The position numbers and the translations under genes were made by a program. The notes under the pieces are model-generated. The model was given only the letters and a program-made list of their open reading frames with translations, had not been told where the DNA came from and searched no databases. Below, one piece after another: positions 16,919 through 26,806 of a stretch of DNA of 36,563 bases (its first letter is position 1; the number at the start of each line of letters is the position of its first letter). Source of the stretch: Candidatus Omnitrophota bacterium (GTDB lineage Bacteria; Omnitrophota; Gorgyraeia; JABMRG01); NCBI GenBank assembly GCA_013202935.1, contig JABMRG010000129.1, forward strand, positions 1 through 36,563, given 5' to 3'.

Positions 16919-17362
16919 ATGGAAATTATACTTAGAGAAGATGTGCAGAAAATAGGTAAGGCAGGAGATGTCATAAAGGTTAAGGATGGTTACGCAAGAA
17001 ATCACCTTATCCCCAAAAATCTTGCACTTAGGGTTACCCCAGAAAACCTGAAAGTGATAGAGGCACAGCGCAAATTAAAAGAACAGAAAGCAGAAGCTGT
17101 GAAACAGAAAGCGCAGGAACTGGCTGAGAAGCTGAGTGCAGTATCTTGTACCGTAACAATGACTGCCGGTGAAGATGATAAGCTCTTTGGGGCTGTAACC
17201 AACGCAGATATTGCGGAAGCGCTTCAGGCAGAGGATATCCTGGTTGATAAAAAAGATATTACACTGGAAGAAGAGATACATAAACTAGGTATATATTACG
17301 TAAATATTAAGTTACATCCTGAAGTTAGCCAACGCGTAAAGGTCTGGGTTGTAAAAAAGTAA
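16919..17362 (+). CDS. rplI: 50S ribosomal protein L9
   Basis: Begins MEIILREDVQKIGKAGDVIKVKDGYARNHLIPKNLA. Confidence 0.93.
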   Translation: MEIILREDVQKIGKAGDVIKVKDGYARNHLIPKNLALRVTPENLKVIEAQRKLKEQKAEAVKQKAQELAEKLSAVSCTVTMTAGEDDKLFGAVTNADIAEALQAEDILVDKKDITLEEEIHKLGIYYVNIKLHPEVSQRVKVWVVKK

Positions 17363-17399
17363 AAACTAAAATCGAATAACTAAAAGACCGGATAATAAG

Positions 17400-18773
17400 A
17401 TGGCGAAAAAAGAAGAACTGATAGAGAAATTACCACCGCGAAGCAATGAGGCAGAGATGGCTGTACTGGGCTCTATGCTGCTTGAGGAGAACGCCATATC
17501 CCAGGCTATAGAGCTTTTAGAAGAGAGTTGTTTTTACAAGGATAGCCATAAGAAGATATTCAGCGTTATAGTAGAGATATACAGTCAGAACAAACCTGTT
17601 GATCTTGTGACTACAACGGAACTTCTTAAGCAAAGAAAAGAGCTTGATGGCTCGGGAGGAGCTTCTTATATCGCGTCATTAACAGAGACTGTGCCCACGG
17701 CTGCCAATATAAAACATTACGCAAAAATAGTCAGGGAAAAATATGTTTTTCGTTCTCTAATAACAACAGGAACTGAGATTGTATCAGAGGCATACAAAGC
17801 AGAGAGCAACTCGGAAGAACTGCTGGATCGTTCTGAGAAGATGATATTCGATATAACGACCAAAAAGGCTGAATCTTCATCCATACCTATAAAGGAGGTC
17901 ATAAAAGACAGCATTGAAACTATAGACAGCCTGTATCAAAGAAAAGAGAATATCACAGGCGTTCCAAGCGGATTTCATGAGTTTGATATAATGACAGCAG
18001 GGTTTCAACCTTCAGACCTGATTATAATTGCTGGCAGGCCTTCTATGGGAAAGAGTGCGCTGGCTACATGCATAACAGAGCATGCAGGAATTGCGGGAAA
18101 AATACCCACTGTTGTTTTCAGTCTCGAGATGTCAAAGGAGCAGCTGGCACAGAGAATGCTCTGCTCACATGCCAGGGTTGAGTTTCATAAGGTGAGAACA
18201 GGTTTTCTTTCACAGAGTGACTGGCCGAAACTTACGGATTCTGCAGGAAAACTTGCCGAAAGCCCTATATTTATCGATGATACACCTGCCATCTCTGCCC
18301 TTGAGTTAAGGGCAAAGGCGAGGCGTCTTAAGAGCCAGCATAATATAGGTCTGGTTATTGTTGATTATCTTCAGCTTATGCGTAGCAGCATCAGCAGCGG
18401 AGATAACCGCCAACAGGAGATATCTGAAATATCACGTTCTTTAAAAGCACTTGCACGTGAACTAAATGCACCTGTTATAGCTATAAGCCAGCTTTCAAGG
18501 GCGGTGGAAGCGCGTGCCGATAGAAGGCCGCAGCTTTCAGACTTAAGAGAATCGGGCGCCATAGAACAGGACGCGGACCTGGTTGTCTTACTTTTAAGAG
18601 AAGAATATTACAACCCTACACCTGAAAACAAAGGAATAGCAGAAATTATCGTAGCAAAGCAGAGAAATGGGCCGGTTGGCACAATGAACCTGGCGTTCCT
18701 TAAGGAATACACTAGATTTGAGAACCTGACACGACGCCACGCAGAATTGACAGAAGAAGAGGTAGAGGTCTAA
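17400..18773 (+). CDS. dnaB: Replicative DNA helicase
   Basis: Contains PPRSNEAEMAVLGSML, Walker A GRPSMGKSA, Walker B VIVDYLQLM and SQLSRAVE. Confidence 0.95.
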   Translation: MAKKEELIEKLPPRSNEAEMAVLGSMLLEENAISQAIELLEESCFYKDSHKKIFSVIVEIYSQNKPVDLVTTTELLKQRKELDGSGGASYIASLTETVPTAANIKHYAKIVREKYVFRSLITTGTEIVSEAYKAESNSEELLDRSEKMIFDITTKKAESSSIPIKEVIKDSIETIDSLYQRKENITGVPSGFHEFDIMTAGFQPSDLIIIAGRPSMGKSALATCITEHAGIAGKIPTVVFSLEMSKEQLAQRMLCSHARVEFHKVRTGFLSQSDWPKLTDSAGKLAESPIFIDDTPAISALELRAKARRLKSQHNIGLVIVDYLQLMRSSISSGDNRQQEISEISRSLKALARELNAPVIAISQLSRAVEARADRRPQLSDLRESGAIEQDADLVVLLLREEYYNPTPENKGIAEIIVAKQRNGPVGTMNLAFLKEYTRFENLTRRHAELTEEEVEV

Positions 18774-18778
18774 ATGCA

Positions 18779-18807
18779 AAGCACTTCTTATGACATAAGA
18801 AGTGCTT
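18779..18807 (+). terminator. 13-bp perfect stem-loop 5 nt after the dnaB stop. It is a possible terminator but lacks a U-tract.
   Basis: The sequence is AAGCACTTCTTAT-GAC-ATAAGAAGTGCTT. The downstream sequence TGATACCTATTTA is only weakly T-rich. Confidence 0.4.
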
Positions 18808-18839
18808 GATACCTATTTATCAGGCTCTATTCATTTTTC

Positions 18840-18868
18840 TTTACATTTCCCAGGCTATATGATAGATT
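18840..18868 (+). promoter_or_regulatory. Possible promoter for bamA: TTTACA, 17-nt spacer, TAGATT
   Basis: Hexamers found by eye in the 117-nt dnaB-bamA gap. Confidence 0.3.
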
Positions 18869-18890
18869 ATGCTTAATAAGGAATAATAAT

Positions 18891-21233
18891 ATGAATAATA
18901 AGATTAGCTTATTTTCCTCATCACTTACTATAATATTTCTAATTATACTCTTCTTTCACCCTTTGGCAGGCTCCTCCTATGCTCAAGATTCAGAAACCAA
19001 GACCTCTGGACAAATTACAGACATAGAGATTGAAGGTAATAAAGTAGTAAGCACAACTACGGTACTTTCTAAGATCAAGATAAGGAAAGGTGACAGATTT
19101 TTGCAAAAAGCGGTTAACGAGGATATAAAGAGACTATATGCCACTGGGTTTTTTACAGATGTAAGCGCAGAAGTAGAGGAGTATAAAGAAGGCATAAGGC
19201 TTATATATTCTGTCTCAGAGAAGTCTCTGATTGATAAGATTGTATTTGAAGGTAATAAGGTTTATAAAGAGGAGGCGCTTAAGAAGCAGATAGACTCCAA
19301 GGATGGAGATGTATTAAACAGAAGACGGCTCTCTGAGGATATCAAAAAGATAAAGTCCTTCTATCAAAAGAAAGGATTTCCACTTATTGAGATAGATTAT
19401 GATGTAGACGTAAATGTCGAAACCAATAAGGCTATAGTTTATATAAGGATAGATGAACAGAAGCGATACAAAATAAAAAAGATTGAATTTAAAGGCAATG
19501 ACGCGTTTAACAATAAGAGGCTCTTAAAAGTAATAGCTACAAGGCCGGATACCCTCTTTACATCAGGAGTTCTGGATGAAGAGATGATAGATCAGGATAT
19601 GCTTAGGCTAGAGGCATTTTATAAGAATGAAGGCTACATAGATGTCGAGGCAACCAACAAAATAGATTATGACGAAACAAAAGAAGGCATATATATCAAT
19701 ATAACGGTAAAAGAAGGTGCTAGGTATTTTGTAGGAAACGTTGGATTGGAAGGCAATCAGATTGTTACCGACAAAGACATAAGAAAAGAACTTAAGATGG
19801 TAACAGGTAAGCCATATAACCCAAACAATCTACGCCTCGATGTTATTTCTATACAGACACTTTACTTTGATAGAGGTTATATGTCATGCAATATAAAGCC
19901 AATTACTGCTTTAGATAAAGATAAGAAGTCTATCGATGTCAAATACCGGGCTAAAGAGGGAGATTTAAGTTATCTCAATGAGATAAGGATTACCGGCAAC
20001 ACAAAGACAAAAGACGTGGTTATAAGAAGAGAACTCAGGCTCTATCCGGGAGAACGGTTTGATGGTAAAAAACTTAAAAAGTCGAAACAGAGGCTTTATG
20101 ACCTTGGTTATTTTGATGAGGTTATCTTTGATACAGAACCGACTCAGGCACCAGATAAGAAAGATCTGGTTGTAAGCGTTAAGGAAGCAAAGACAGGAGA
20201 GTTTAGTTTCGGTGGCGGATATAGTTCTGTTGACAGGTTGTTGGGTTTTGTAGAGGTAACACAACGTAATTTTGATATAATGAATTTTCCGACACTTACC
20301 GGTGCGGGGCAGATTTTGAATATAAGAGCAGAAGTTGGCTCTGTCAGGCAGAACTATATTTTGAGTTTTACCGAACCATGGATATTCGGATATCCTTATC
20401 TTTTTGGTTTTGATCTTTTTAATTTTGATAGAGACAAAAAAACATCGCTTGGTTATGGTTATGCTGAAAGGAGAACGGGAGGAAACTTAAGGTTTGGAAA
20501 GGAATTTACCGACTATGATCGCGCAGACCTAAAATACAGGCTTGAGAGCGTTAAGATATCAGATGTCTCATCAGATGCCACAACCGCGCTTAAAGATGAG
20601 GAAGGCAAGAACATCATAAGCAGCCTTAGCCTTACTCTTACACGTAACACTACAGACAACAGATATAACCCCACAGAAGGCCATATATTATCTATTACCG
20701 GAGAAGATGCCGGAGGGCTCTTTGGAGGCGATAAAGACTTCTATAAAGCAATAGCTTTAGCAGACCAATTTTTCCACCATAAGATCTATGACAAAAAACT
20801 GGTGCTTGAACTCAAAGGTCGGGCAGGATGGTCTGAGGAGTATGACAATACCAAGTCCGTCCCCCTTTATGAGAGATTCTTTGCAGGAGGCGCAAATACG
20901 GTAAGAGGCTATAAAGAACGAAGTATAGGCCCACGTGACGCAGTAACAAATGACCCCATTGGTGGTGAGTCGATGCTTATAGGTAATGCTGAACTTACAT
21001 ATCCTATATTTAAAAATTTTAAGATAGCCACATTTTATGATATCGGTAATGTCTGGGAAAAGTCTTATGGCATATTTAAAGCCGGTGATTTTAAATCAGG
21101 AACCGGTGTTGGCGTAAGGGTAAAGACCCCTATCGGCCCTATCAGTGTTGATGCAGGGTATCCGCTTGATGAAGCCAGCCCTGGAGATAAGAAGAAGATA
21201 AGATTTCATTTCAACATGAGTAGAGGTTTCTGA
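18891..21233 (+). CDS. bamA: Outer membrane protein assembly factor BamA
   Basis: Has a signal peptide, repeated POTRA-like units (I.I.GN......I) and a C-terminal Omp85/D15 barrel with YERFFAGGANTVRGY. The final residue is F. Length is 780 aa. Confidence 0.93.
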   Translation: MNNKISLFSSSLTIIFLIILFFHPLAGSSYAQDSETKTSGQITDIEIEGNKVVSTTTVLSKIKIRKGDRFLQKAVNEDIKRLYATGFFTDVSAEVEEYKEGIRLIYSVSEKSLIDKIVFEGNKVYKEEALKKQIDSKDGDVLNRRRLSEDIKKIKSFYQKKGFPLIEIDYDVDVNVETNKAIVYIRIDEQKRYKIKKIEFKGNDAFNNKRLLKVIATRPDTLFTSGVLDEEMIDQDMLRLEAFYKNEGYIDVEATNKIDYDETKEGIYINITVKEGARYFVGNVGLEGNQIVTDKDIRKELKMVTGKPYNPNNLRLDVISIQTLYFDRGYMSCNIKPITALDKDKKSIDVKYRAKEGDLSYLNEIRITGNTKTKDVVIRRELRLYPGERFDGKKLKKSKQRLYDLGYFDEVIFDTEPTQAPDKKDLVVSVKEAKTGEFSFGGGYSSVDRLLGFVEVTQRNFDIMNFPTLTGAGQILNIRAEVGSVRQNYILSFTEPWIFGYPYLFGFDLFNFDRDKKTSLGYGYAERRTGGNLRFGKEFTDYDRADLKYRLESVKISDVSSDATTALKDEEGKNIISSLSLTLTRNTTDNRYNPTEGHILSITGEDAGGLFGGDKDFYKAIALADQFFHHKIYDKKLVLELKGRAGWSEEYDNTKSVPLYERFFAGGANTVRGYKERSIGPRDAVTNDPIGGESMLIGNAELTYPIFKNFKIATFYDIGNVWEKSYGIFKAGDFKSGTGVGVRVKTPIGPISVDAGYPLDEASPGDKKKIRFHFNMSRGF

Positions 21234-21311
21234 TAGAAACGTCTAAATTCTAAACAAAAAGTAACCCCACATTTTCCAAACCTAAAAGCCAAATAAAGGA
21301 GGAAAATTACT

Positions 21312-21836
21312 ATGGTCAAGGTCAAGGTTTTGATTTTAGTAGTTGCATTGATGCTGGGCTTTTGTTCTTTTTCTGAGTATGCACAGGCAGCTGATGCAGT
21401 AAAGATAGCGTATATAGACGTTGCTTCTGTTTTCGACTCATACGATAAGACAAAAGACGAAGATGCGGCATTAGGTAAAAAGAGTGAAACAAAGCAGAAA
21501 GAGCGTGAGAGGGTTGTTGAAAAAATAAGGAACTCAAAGAGTGAGCTCGAACTCCTGGGCGAGAAACAGAGAGAGAAGAAGCAGGCTCAGATAGATGAGG
21601 AGATACGCAAGCTACAGGATTTTGACAGAGAGGCAAAAACAGAGCTCAGGAGAGAAAGAGACACCATGGTAAGGGAGATCTTAAAAGAAATAGATGTTGT
21701 GATAAAAGATTATGCTAAAAAGAATGGTTATACTATAGTGCTAAATAGCAGGATACTTGTCTATGCAGAAGAAGGTTATGATATAACCCGCGAGATAGTA
21801 AATATTTTAAATTCACGCTACAGAAGAAAAAAATAA
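21312..21836 (+). CDS. skp: OmpH/Skp family periplasmic chaperone
   Basis: Has a signal peptide and a coiled-coil K/E-rich body, and lies in the conserved position between bamA and lpxD. Confidence 0.85.
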   Translation: MVKVKVLILVVALMLGFCSFSEYAQAADAVKIAYIDVASVFDSYDKTKDEDAALGKKSETKQKERERVVEKIRNSKSELELLGEKQREKKQAQIDEEIRKLQDFDREAKTELRRERDTMVREILKEIDVVIKDYAKKNGYTIVLNSRILVYAEEGYDITREIVNILNSRYRRKK

Positions 21837-21837
21837 G

Positions 21838-22872
21838 ATGGTGCCTATTAGAAAAACCCTTAAGGAGATAGCATCCTTAATCGATGGCGAACTAATCGGT
21901 AACGGAGATGTCGAGATAACAAATGTAAACGGCATAAGGGAAGCAAGGAAAGGTGAGATCACCTTTCTGGCAAACCCTCTCTATGGTTCCCTCTTAAATA
22001 CAACAGGCGCCTCTGCGGTTGTCACCTCAAAGGATATTGCTGAAGCACCCAAACCTATAATACGTACTGAAAATCCCTCCGTAGCCTTTTCTAAGGTCAT
22101 ATCTATATTCCAGCCTGATAGAGAAGATGCGGTGCTTCCAAAGTCCATACACAAAAGTGCTATTCTTGCCAAAAACGTAACTCTTGGTAAAAATATTGGT
22201 ATAGGCCCACATGTAGTTCTAGAAGATAGTTCTGTTATAGGTGACCATACAGTAATATCTGCGAATGCATACATAGGCCCCAATACAAAGATTGGTAAAG
22301 GCTGCAGGATATACCCGAATGTTACAATACGCGAGAATTCTATAGTAGGAGACAACGTTGTTATACACAGCGGTACTGTTATAGGATCAGATGGCTTTGG
22401 TTATATCAATGTTGATGGTGTGCACCAGAAGATACCACAGACAGGCACAGTAGCTATAGAGGATGATGTTGAGATAGGATCCAATGTATCAATAGACAGG
22501 GCAAGGTTTGGCCAGACACGTATAGGCAAGGGTACAAAGATAGACAACCTGGTGCAGATAGCGCATAATGTAAAAATAGGCCCTCATTCTATCATTGTTT
22601 CACAGACAGGAATCTCTGGGAGTGCCGAACTTGGCAAGAACGTAATTTTGGCAGGGCAGGTTGGTGTAGTCGGCCATGTTGTTATAGGCGACAATACGAT
22701 AGTGGGAGCACAGTCAGGTGTCAGCAAATCTATACCAGCGGGCTCTATAGTACTTGGTTCACCTGTAAAGCCTATACAGGATGAGAAGAGATTATATGTC
22801 TATATACGCAAGCTTCCTGAACTGTTTAAGGCAGTCAAGGAGCTTAAGGATAAGTTACTAAAGAAAGATTAG
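21838..22872 (+). CDS. lpxD: UDP-3-O-acylglucosamine N-acyltransferase
   Basis: Has an LpxD N-terminal domain and long hexapeptide repeats. The gene context supports the call. Confidence 0.92.
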   Translation: MVPIRKTLKEIASLIDGELIGNGDVEITNVNGIREARKGEITFLANPLYGSLLNTTGASAVVTSKDIAEAPKPIIRTENPSVAFSKVISIFQPDREDAVLPKSIHKSAILAKNVTLGKNIGIGPHVVLEDSSVIGDHTVISANAYIGPNTKIGKGCRIYPNVTIRENSIVGDNVVIHSGTVIGSDGFGYINVDGVHQKIPQTGTVAIEDDVEIGSNVSIDRARFGQTRIGKGTKIDNLVQIAHNVKIGPHSIIVSQTGISGSAELGKNVILAGQVGVVGHVVIGDNTIVGAQSGVSKSIPAGSIVLGSPVKPIQDEKRLYVYIRKLPELFKAVKELKDKLLKKD

Positions 22873-22874
22873 CA

Positions 22875-24191
22875 ATGGCATTACAGCGCACTATTAAGAA
22901 TGAATCAAGCCTTGAGGGTATGGGTATTCATACAGGCAAAAATATAAAGGTCTCATTTAAACCAGCGCCTGTAAATAATGGAGTAAGCTTTGTAAGAACA
23001 GATTTACCGGATAGGCCTGTTATACCTGCAACAACAACAAGCCTGGTAGATGCTTCTAAAAGACCAAGGCGTACCGCTATTGGTAGAGGGGATACAGAAA
23101 TCCAGACAATAGAGCACCTTCTGGCAACACTTTGTGGGCTTGAGATAGATAATATTATTGTTGAGTTGGATGGCCCTGAACTTCCGGGCCTAGATGGAAG
23201 CGCTGAGGATTTTGTAAGGATACTAAAGAAAGCGTCCATTGTAGAACAAGACGTAGATCGCAAAAACTTTGTTGTACAAGAGCCAATATTAATACAGGAT
23301 GGAGATTCTGTTTTAGGCATATTGCCCGATGTAAATTTCAGGGTAAGTTATACGCTTGATTATCCCACAACAGATTTCAAGACGCAGTATGGAAGTTTTT
23401 TGGTAAACAGTGAAACCTTTGAAAATGAGATTGGACCAAGCAGGACATTCTGCCTGGAAGAAGAAGTAGAGCATTTAAGGAGCCTTGGATTAGGAAAAGG
23501 AGCGTCACTGGATAATACTGTTGTTGTAGGAAAACAGGGTATAGTCAGTGGCACACTTAAATTTGAGGATGAATTCCTGCGCCATAAGATACTAGATATT
23601 ATAGGCGACCTTTACCTTTTAGGGTTTCCCATAAAAGGGCATGTTGTAGCTGTTAAGAGTGGACATGTGTTAAATCTTCAGCTTCTTAAAGAGATAGAGA
23701 ACCAGAAGAAAAGACTTGAATCGAAGGGTTTAAGAAAAGCTATCCAGGCCCCGGCCATACCAAAAGGTATCATGGGCCAGGATGAGATAAAAAAGATTCT
23801 TCCTCACAGATATCCTTTTCTTATGATAGATAGGATACTTGAGCTTGGTGATACAGCAGCTGTCGGCATAAAGAACCTTACTGAGAACGATTATTTTTTT
23901 GCAGGCCACTTTCCAAGTTTTCCAGTAATGCCAGGCGTGCTTATACTTGAGGCGCTTGCACAGACAGGAGGGGTACTTATGTTAAGCCGCCCCAGCAATA
24001 AGGGCAAGATAGCTTATCTTATGTCGGTAAACAACGCAAAGTTCAGAAGAATAGTAAAGCCCGGAGACCAATTGAGGCTTGAGATAGAGATTGCTAGGTT
24101 TAAGACAAAGACAGGCCAGGGACACGGAAAGGCTTTTGTAGAGGATAAGCTTGTTGCAGAGGCAGACCTTATGTTTGTCCTCGGAGACTAA
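22875..24191 (+). CDS. lpxC/fabZ: Bifunctional LpxC-FabZ fusion: UDP-3-O-acyl-GlcNAc deacetylase fused to 3-hydroxyacyl-ACP dehydratase
   Basis: The N-terminal LpxC part has [15 protein letters not shown] and [10 protein letters not shown]. The C-terminal FabZ hot-dog part has [13 protein letters not shown] and [21 protein letters not shown]. Confidence 0.92.
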   Translation: MALQRTIKNESSLEGMGIHTGKNIKVSFKPAPVNNGVSFVRTDLPDRPVIPATTTSLVDASKRPRRTAIGRGDTEIQTIEHLLATLCGLEIDNIIVELDGPELPGLDGSAEDFVRILKKASIVEQDVDRKNFVVQEPILIQDGDSVLGILPDVNFRVSYTLDYPTTDFKTQYGSFLVNSETFENEIGPSRTFCLEEEVEHLRSLGLGKGASLDNTVVVGKQGIVSGTLKFEDEFLRHKILDIIGDLYLLGFPIKGHVVAVKSGHVLNLQLLKEIENQKKRLESKGLRKAIQAPAIPKGIMGQDEIKKILPHRYPFLMIDRILELGDTAAVGIKNLTENDYFFAGHFPSFPVMPGVLILEALAQTGGVLMLSRPSNKGKIAYLMSVNNAKFRRIVKPGDQLRLEIEIARFKTKTGQGHGKAFVEDKLVAEADLMFVLGD

Positions 24192-24193
24192 AT

Positions 24194-24976
24194 ATGGGTA
24201 ATGGGATAAATATACATGATACTGCTATAATATCTAAAGATGCAGAGCTGGCTGAAGGTGTAACAGTAGGCCCTTATAGTGTGATAGATACAAATGTCAA
24301 AATAGGCCCTGCAACAAAGATAGGCCCCTATTGTACTATTAATGAATATACAACCATAGGCAAGGAATGTGAAATATTTCAGGGTGCGTCAATAGGCAGC
24401 ATAAGTCAGGATAAGAAGTTCAAGGGTGAAAAAGGTTTTTTAGAGATAGGTAACAATAATGCAATAAGGGAGTATGTTACCATGAACCGCAGCACAGAGA
24501 AAAATGGAAAGACAGTTATAGGTAATGATAACCTTTTTATGGCGTACAGCCATATTGCTCACGATTGTATTGTGGGTAACTCAGTAACAATAGCAAATTG
24601 TGGTACACTGGCAGGCCATGTAGTGCTAGAAGACGGTGTTATTATCGGAGGCCTTGCGGGAGTGCATCAATTTGTTAGAATGGGCCAACTTTCGATACTC
24701 GGCGGGTGTTCAAAAGTAGTGCAGGATATAGTCCCTTATTCTATGGTAGATGGCCAGCGTGCAAAGATATGCGGCATCAATTCTATAGGTTTAGAGCGAG
24801 CAGGCTTTTCAGATGAGGCAAAAGATAGCCTCAAAAAGGCATTCAAGATACTCTTTTCTATGAAGCTTAATATTAAGAATGCATTAAAGAGAGTAGAAGA
24901 AGAGCTCCCACCATCAGAAGAGATAAAGAATCTAGTCAATTTTATAAAATCCTCAGAACGAGGCATTGCCAGATAA
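24194..24976 (+). CDS. lpxA: Acyl-ACP--UDP-N-acetylglucosamine O-acyltransferase
   Basis: Has hexapeptide repeats followed by the helical LpxA C-terminal domain (GINSIGLERAGFS). Confidence 0.92.
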   Translation: MGNGINIHDTAIISKDAELAEGVTVGPYSVIDTNVKIGPATKIGPYCTINEYTTIGKECEIFQGASIGSISQDKKFKGEKGFLEIGNNNAIREYVTMNRSTEKNGKTVIGNDNLFMAYSHIAHDCIVGNSVTIANCGTLAGHVVLEDGVIIGGLAGVHQFVRMGQLSILGGCSKVVQDIVPYSMVDGQRAKICGINSIGLERAGFSDEAKDSLKKAFKILFSMKLNIKNALKRVEEELPPSEEIKNLVNFIKSSERGIAR

Positions 24977-24980
24977 TCCA

Positions 24981-25793
24981 ATGGAAAGAATAGATAAAAT
25001 AGCGCTTATAGCAGGAAGCGGAAATTTTCCGTTATTTCTTGCAAAAGCCGCAAAGACAAATGGCGTGGGCGTAACTGCCATATGCATCAATTCAGAAACA
25101 GATGAGAGAATAGAGAAGGTAGTAGACAAGTCTTACTGGGTAAACTTAGGCGAGGGCAAGAAGCTGCTTTCTATTTTCAAAGATGAGAATATCAAACATG
25201 CGGTTATGGCAGGTAAAATATCCAAAATGACAATAATAAGAGAGGGCCTGAGGCTTGATGGAGAGGCAAAGAAAGTAATATCAAATATTATGGACAGAAG
25301 AGACGATACCATGCTTTCAGCAGTTGCCAATCGGCTCAAGGAGGCAGGAGTAGAGCTGCTTGATTCAACTACTTTTGTCAGTGGCATGATGCCTAAGGAG
25401 GGAGTGCTTACCAAAAGAAGACCGAGCAGAGAAGAATCTGAGGATATCAAGTTCGGTTTTAAGATGGCTAAGGAGATGGGCAGGTTGGATATAGGCCAGT
25501 CCGTCGTTGTTAAGAAGAAAGCAGTGATAGCTGTTGAGGCTATTGAGGGAACAGATAATACAATAAAGAGAGCCGGAGAACTTGCAGGCGAGGGGACAGT
25601 GGTTGTTAAGGTGTCAAAGCCGAATCAGGACATGAGGTTTGATGTCCCTGTTGTAGGCCCTACTACTATAAAGTCACTTGAAGAGGCAAGATCATCAGTT
25701 CTCGCTATAGAAGCTGGCAAGGTGCTTTTGCTTGAGGCTGAAGAAGTAATCAGAGAAGCAGATAGCGCAGGAATATCCGTCATAGCAGTATAG
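24981..25793 (+). CDS. lpxI: UDP-2,3-diacylglucosamine hydrolase LpxI (DUF1009 family)
   Basis: Contains IALIAGSGNFPLFLAKAAK, DIGQSVVV and AIEGTDNTIKRAG, and sits after lpxA. ATG 24981 is preferred over the track's TTG 24966, which overlaps lpxA. Confidence 0.85.
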   Translation: MERIDKIALIAGSGNFPLFLAKAAKTNGVGVTAICINSETDERIEKVVDKSYWVNLGEGKKLLSIFKDENIKHAVMAGKISKMTIIREGLRLDGEAKKVISNIMDRRDDTMLSAVANRLKEAGVELLDSTTFVSGMMPKEGVLTKRRPSREESEDIKFGFKMAKEMGRLDIGQSVVVKKKAVIAVEAIEGTDNTIKRAGELAGEGTVVVKVSKPNQDMRFDVPVVGPTTIKSLEEARSSVLAIEAGKVLLLEAEEVIREADSAGISVIAV

Positions 25794-26038
25794 GGGACGT
25801 TTCCCTCGGCTTCGCCTCGGGGAACCAGTCAGGTAAGAGATTCATAGAAGTGTTTGGTTTCACCTACTTATATAGGGAACGTTTCACCTACTTGCAACCT
25901 GTTGAAAACAAATAAGTTAAGTCAACGCACTTTACACTTTTTGTATATTAACGAATAGGAACTTATCTTTTAAAAATGTAATAGTGAACATCATAACTGT
26001 TTGCATGATAAAGGGTTGTGAGCGGGTGAAACGTCCCC
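25793..26038. repeat. Intergenic spacer exactly bracketed by the inverted repeat GGGGACGTTTC / GAAACGTCCCC, with internal direct copies of GTTTCACCTACTT
   Basis: Copy A is GGGGACGTTTC at 25793-25803. Copy B is GTTTCACCTACTT at 25857-25869. Copy C is GGGAACGTTTCACCTACTT at 25875-25893. Copy D at 26024-26038 reads GGGGACGTTTCACCC on the reverse strand and ends 1 nt before the nadE ATG. Confidence 0.7.
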
Positions 26039-26806
26039 ATGAATAAGATGAAGTCGAGAGAGATGAGTAGGAAGCTAATTAGTTTTATAAAGAAGACCGT
26101 TGCCTCAAAAGGTTTTAGCAGGGTCATACTAGGCTTATCAGGAGGCCTTGATTCCAGCATAGTCGCGTTCTTATCTGTAAAAGCACTTGGCAAGGATAAT
26201 GTTATAGGTGTGCTTATGCCCTATGGCAGATTTTCAAAGAAGTCAGTAGCTGATGCGAAAAAAATAGCAAGGATACTTAAAATAAGCACAACAGAGCATG
26301 TAGATATATCACCCATGGTAAATGCCTATTTTAAAAAGGAAAAAAGCACATGCCATATAAGGCGTGGCAATAAAATGGCAAGAGAGAGGATGTCCATTCT
26401 CTACGACCTTTCTAAAAAGCATAATGCCCTGGTCATAGGAACCTCCAATAAGACTGAGGCCCTTCTGGGCTATGGAACATTACATGGTGATTGTGCCTGG
26501 GCGTTAAACCCCATAGGCAATTTGTACAAGACACAACTTCGGTCTTTAGCTAAGGATATCGGCATTCCTTCATTTGTTATCAACAAGCCTCCGACCGCAG
26601 GTTTATGGGATGGCCAGACAGATGAAGACGAGCTAGGATATACCTATGATGATATTGATAAGCTTTTATTTCTTATAATAGATAAGAGATTGGATAATAA
26701 GGAGTTGGTAAAAAAAGGTTTTGATAAGGAATTTATATCAGATATAAGAATAAGAATAAAGAATAACAAGTTTAAATTGCAGCCGCCTATGGTTGCAAAA
26801 ATTTAA
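26039..26806 (+). CDS. nadE: NH3-dependent NAD+ synthetase
   Basis: Contains the PP-loop motif LGLSGGLDSS and the blocks GTSNKTE and LLGYGT. Confidence 0.9.
   Translation: MNKMKSREMSRKLISFIKKTVASKGFSRVILGLSGGLDSSIVAFLSVKALGKDNVIGVLMPYGRFSKKSVADAKKIARILKISTTEHVDISPMVNAYFKKEKSTCHIRRGNKMARERMSILYDLSKKHNALVIGTSNKTEALLGYGTLHGDCAWALNPIGNLYKTQLRSLAKDIGIPSFVINKPPTAGLWDGQTDEDELGYTYDDIDKLLFLIIDKRLDNKELVKKGFDKEFISDIRIRIKNNKFKLQPPMVAKI

Noticed and set aside
16585-16974. 129-aa ORF on the - strand over rpsR and the rplI start. The 16209-16557 antisense or alternate-frame ORFs within ssb are treated the same way.
   Set aside because: These are shadow ORFs opposite highly conserved ribosomal and ssb genes, and none has any motifs.
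17363-18890. Replication origin (oriC) near dnaB
   Set aside because: I found no cluster of DnaA boxes (TTATCCACA-like 9-mers) or AT-rich 13-mers in the flanking gaps. Isolated 8/9 matches occur only inside coding regions, for example near 29090.
25803-25826. Rho-independent terminator directly after lpxI (TTCCC...GGGAA region)
   Set aside because: On hand-pairing, the apparent symmetry is mostly a direct repeat (CCTCGG twice), with only short TTCCC/GGGAA and GGC/GCC pairings. No U-tract follows.
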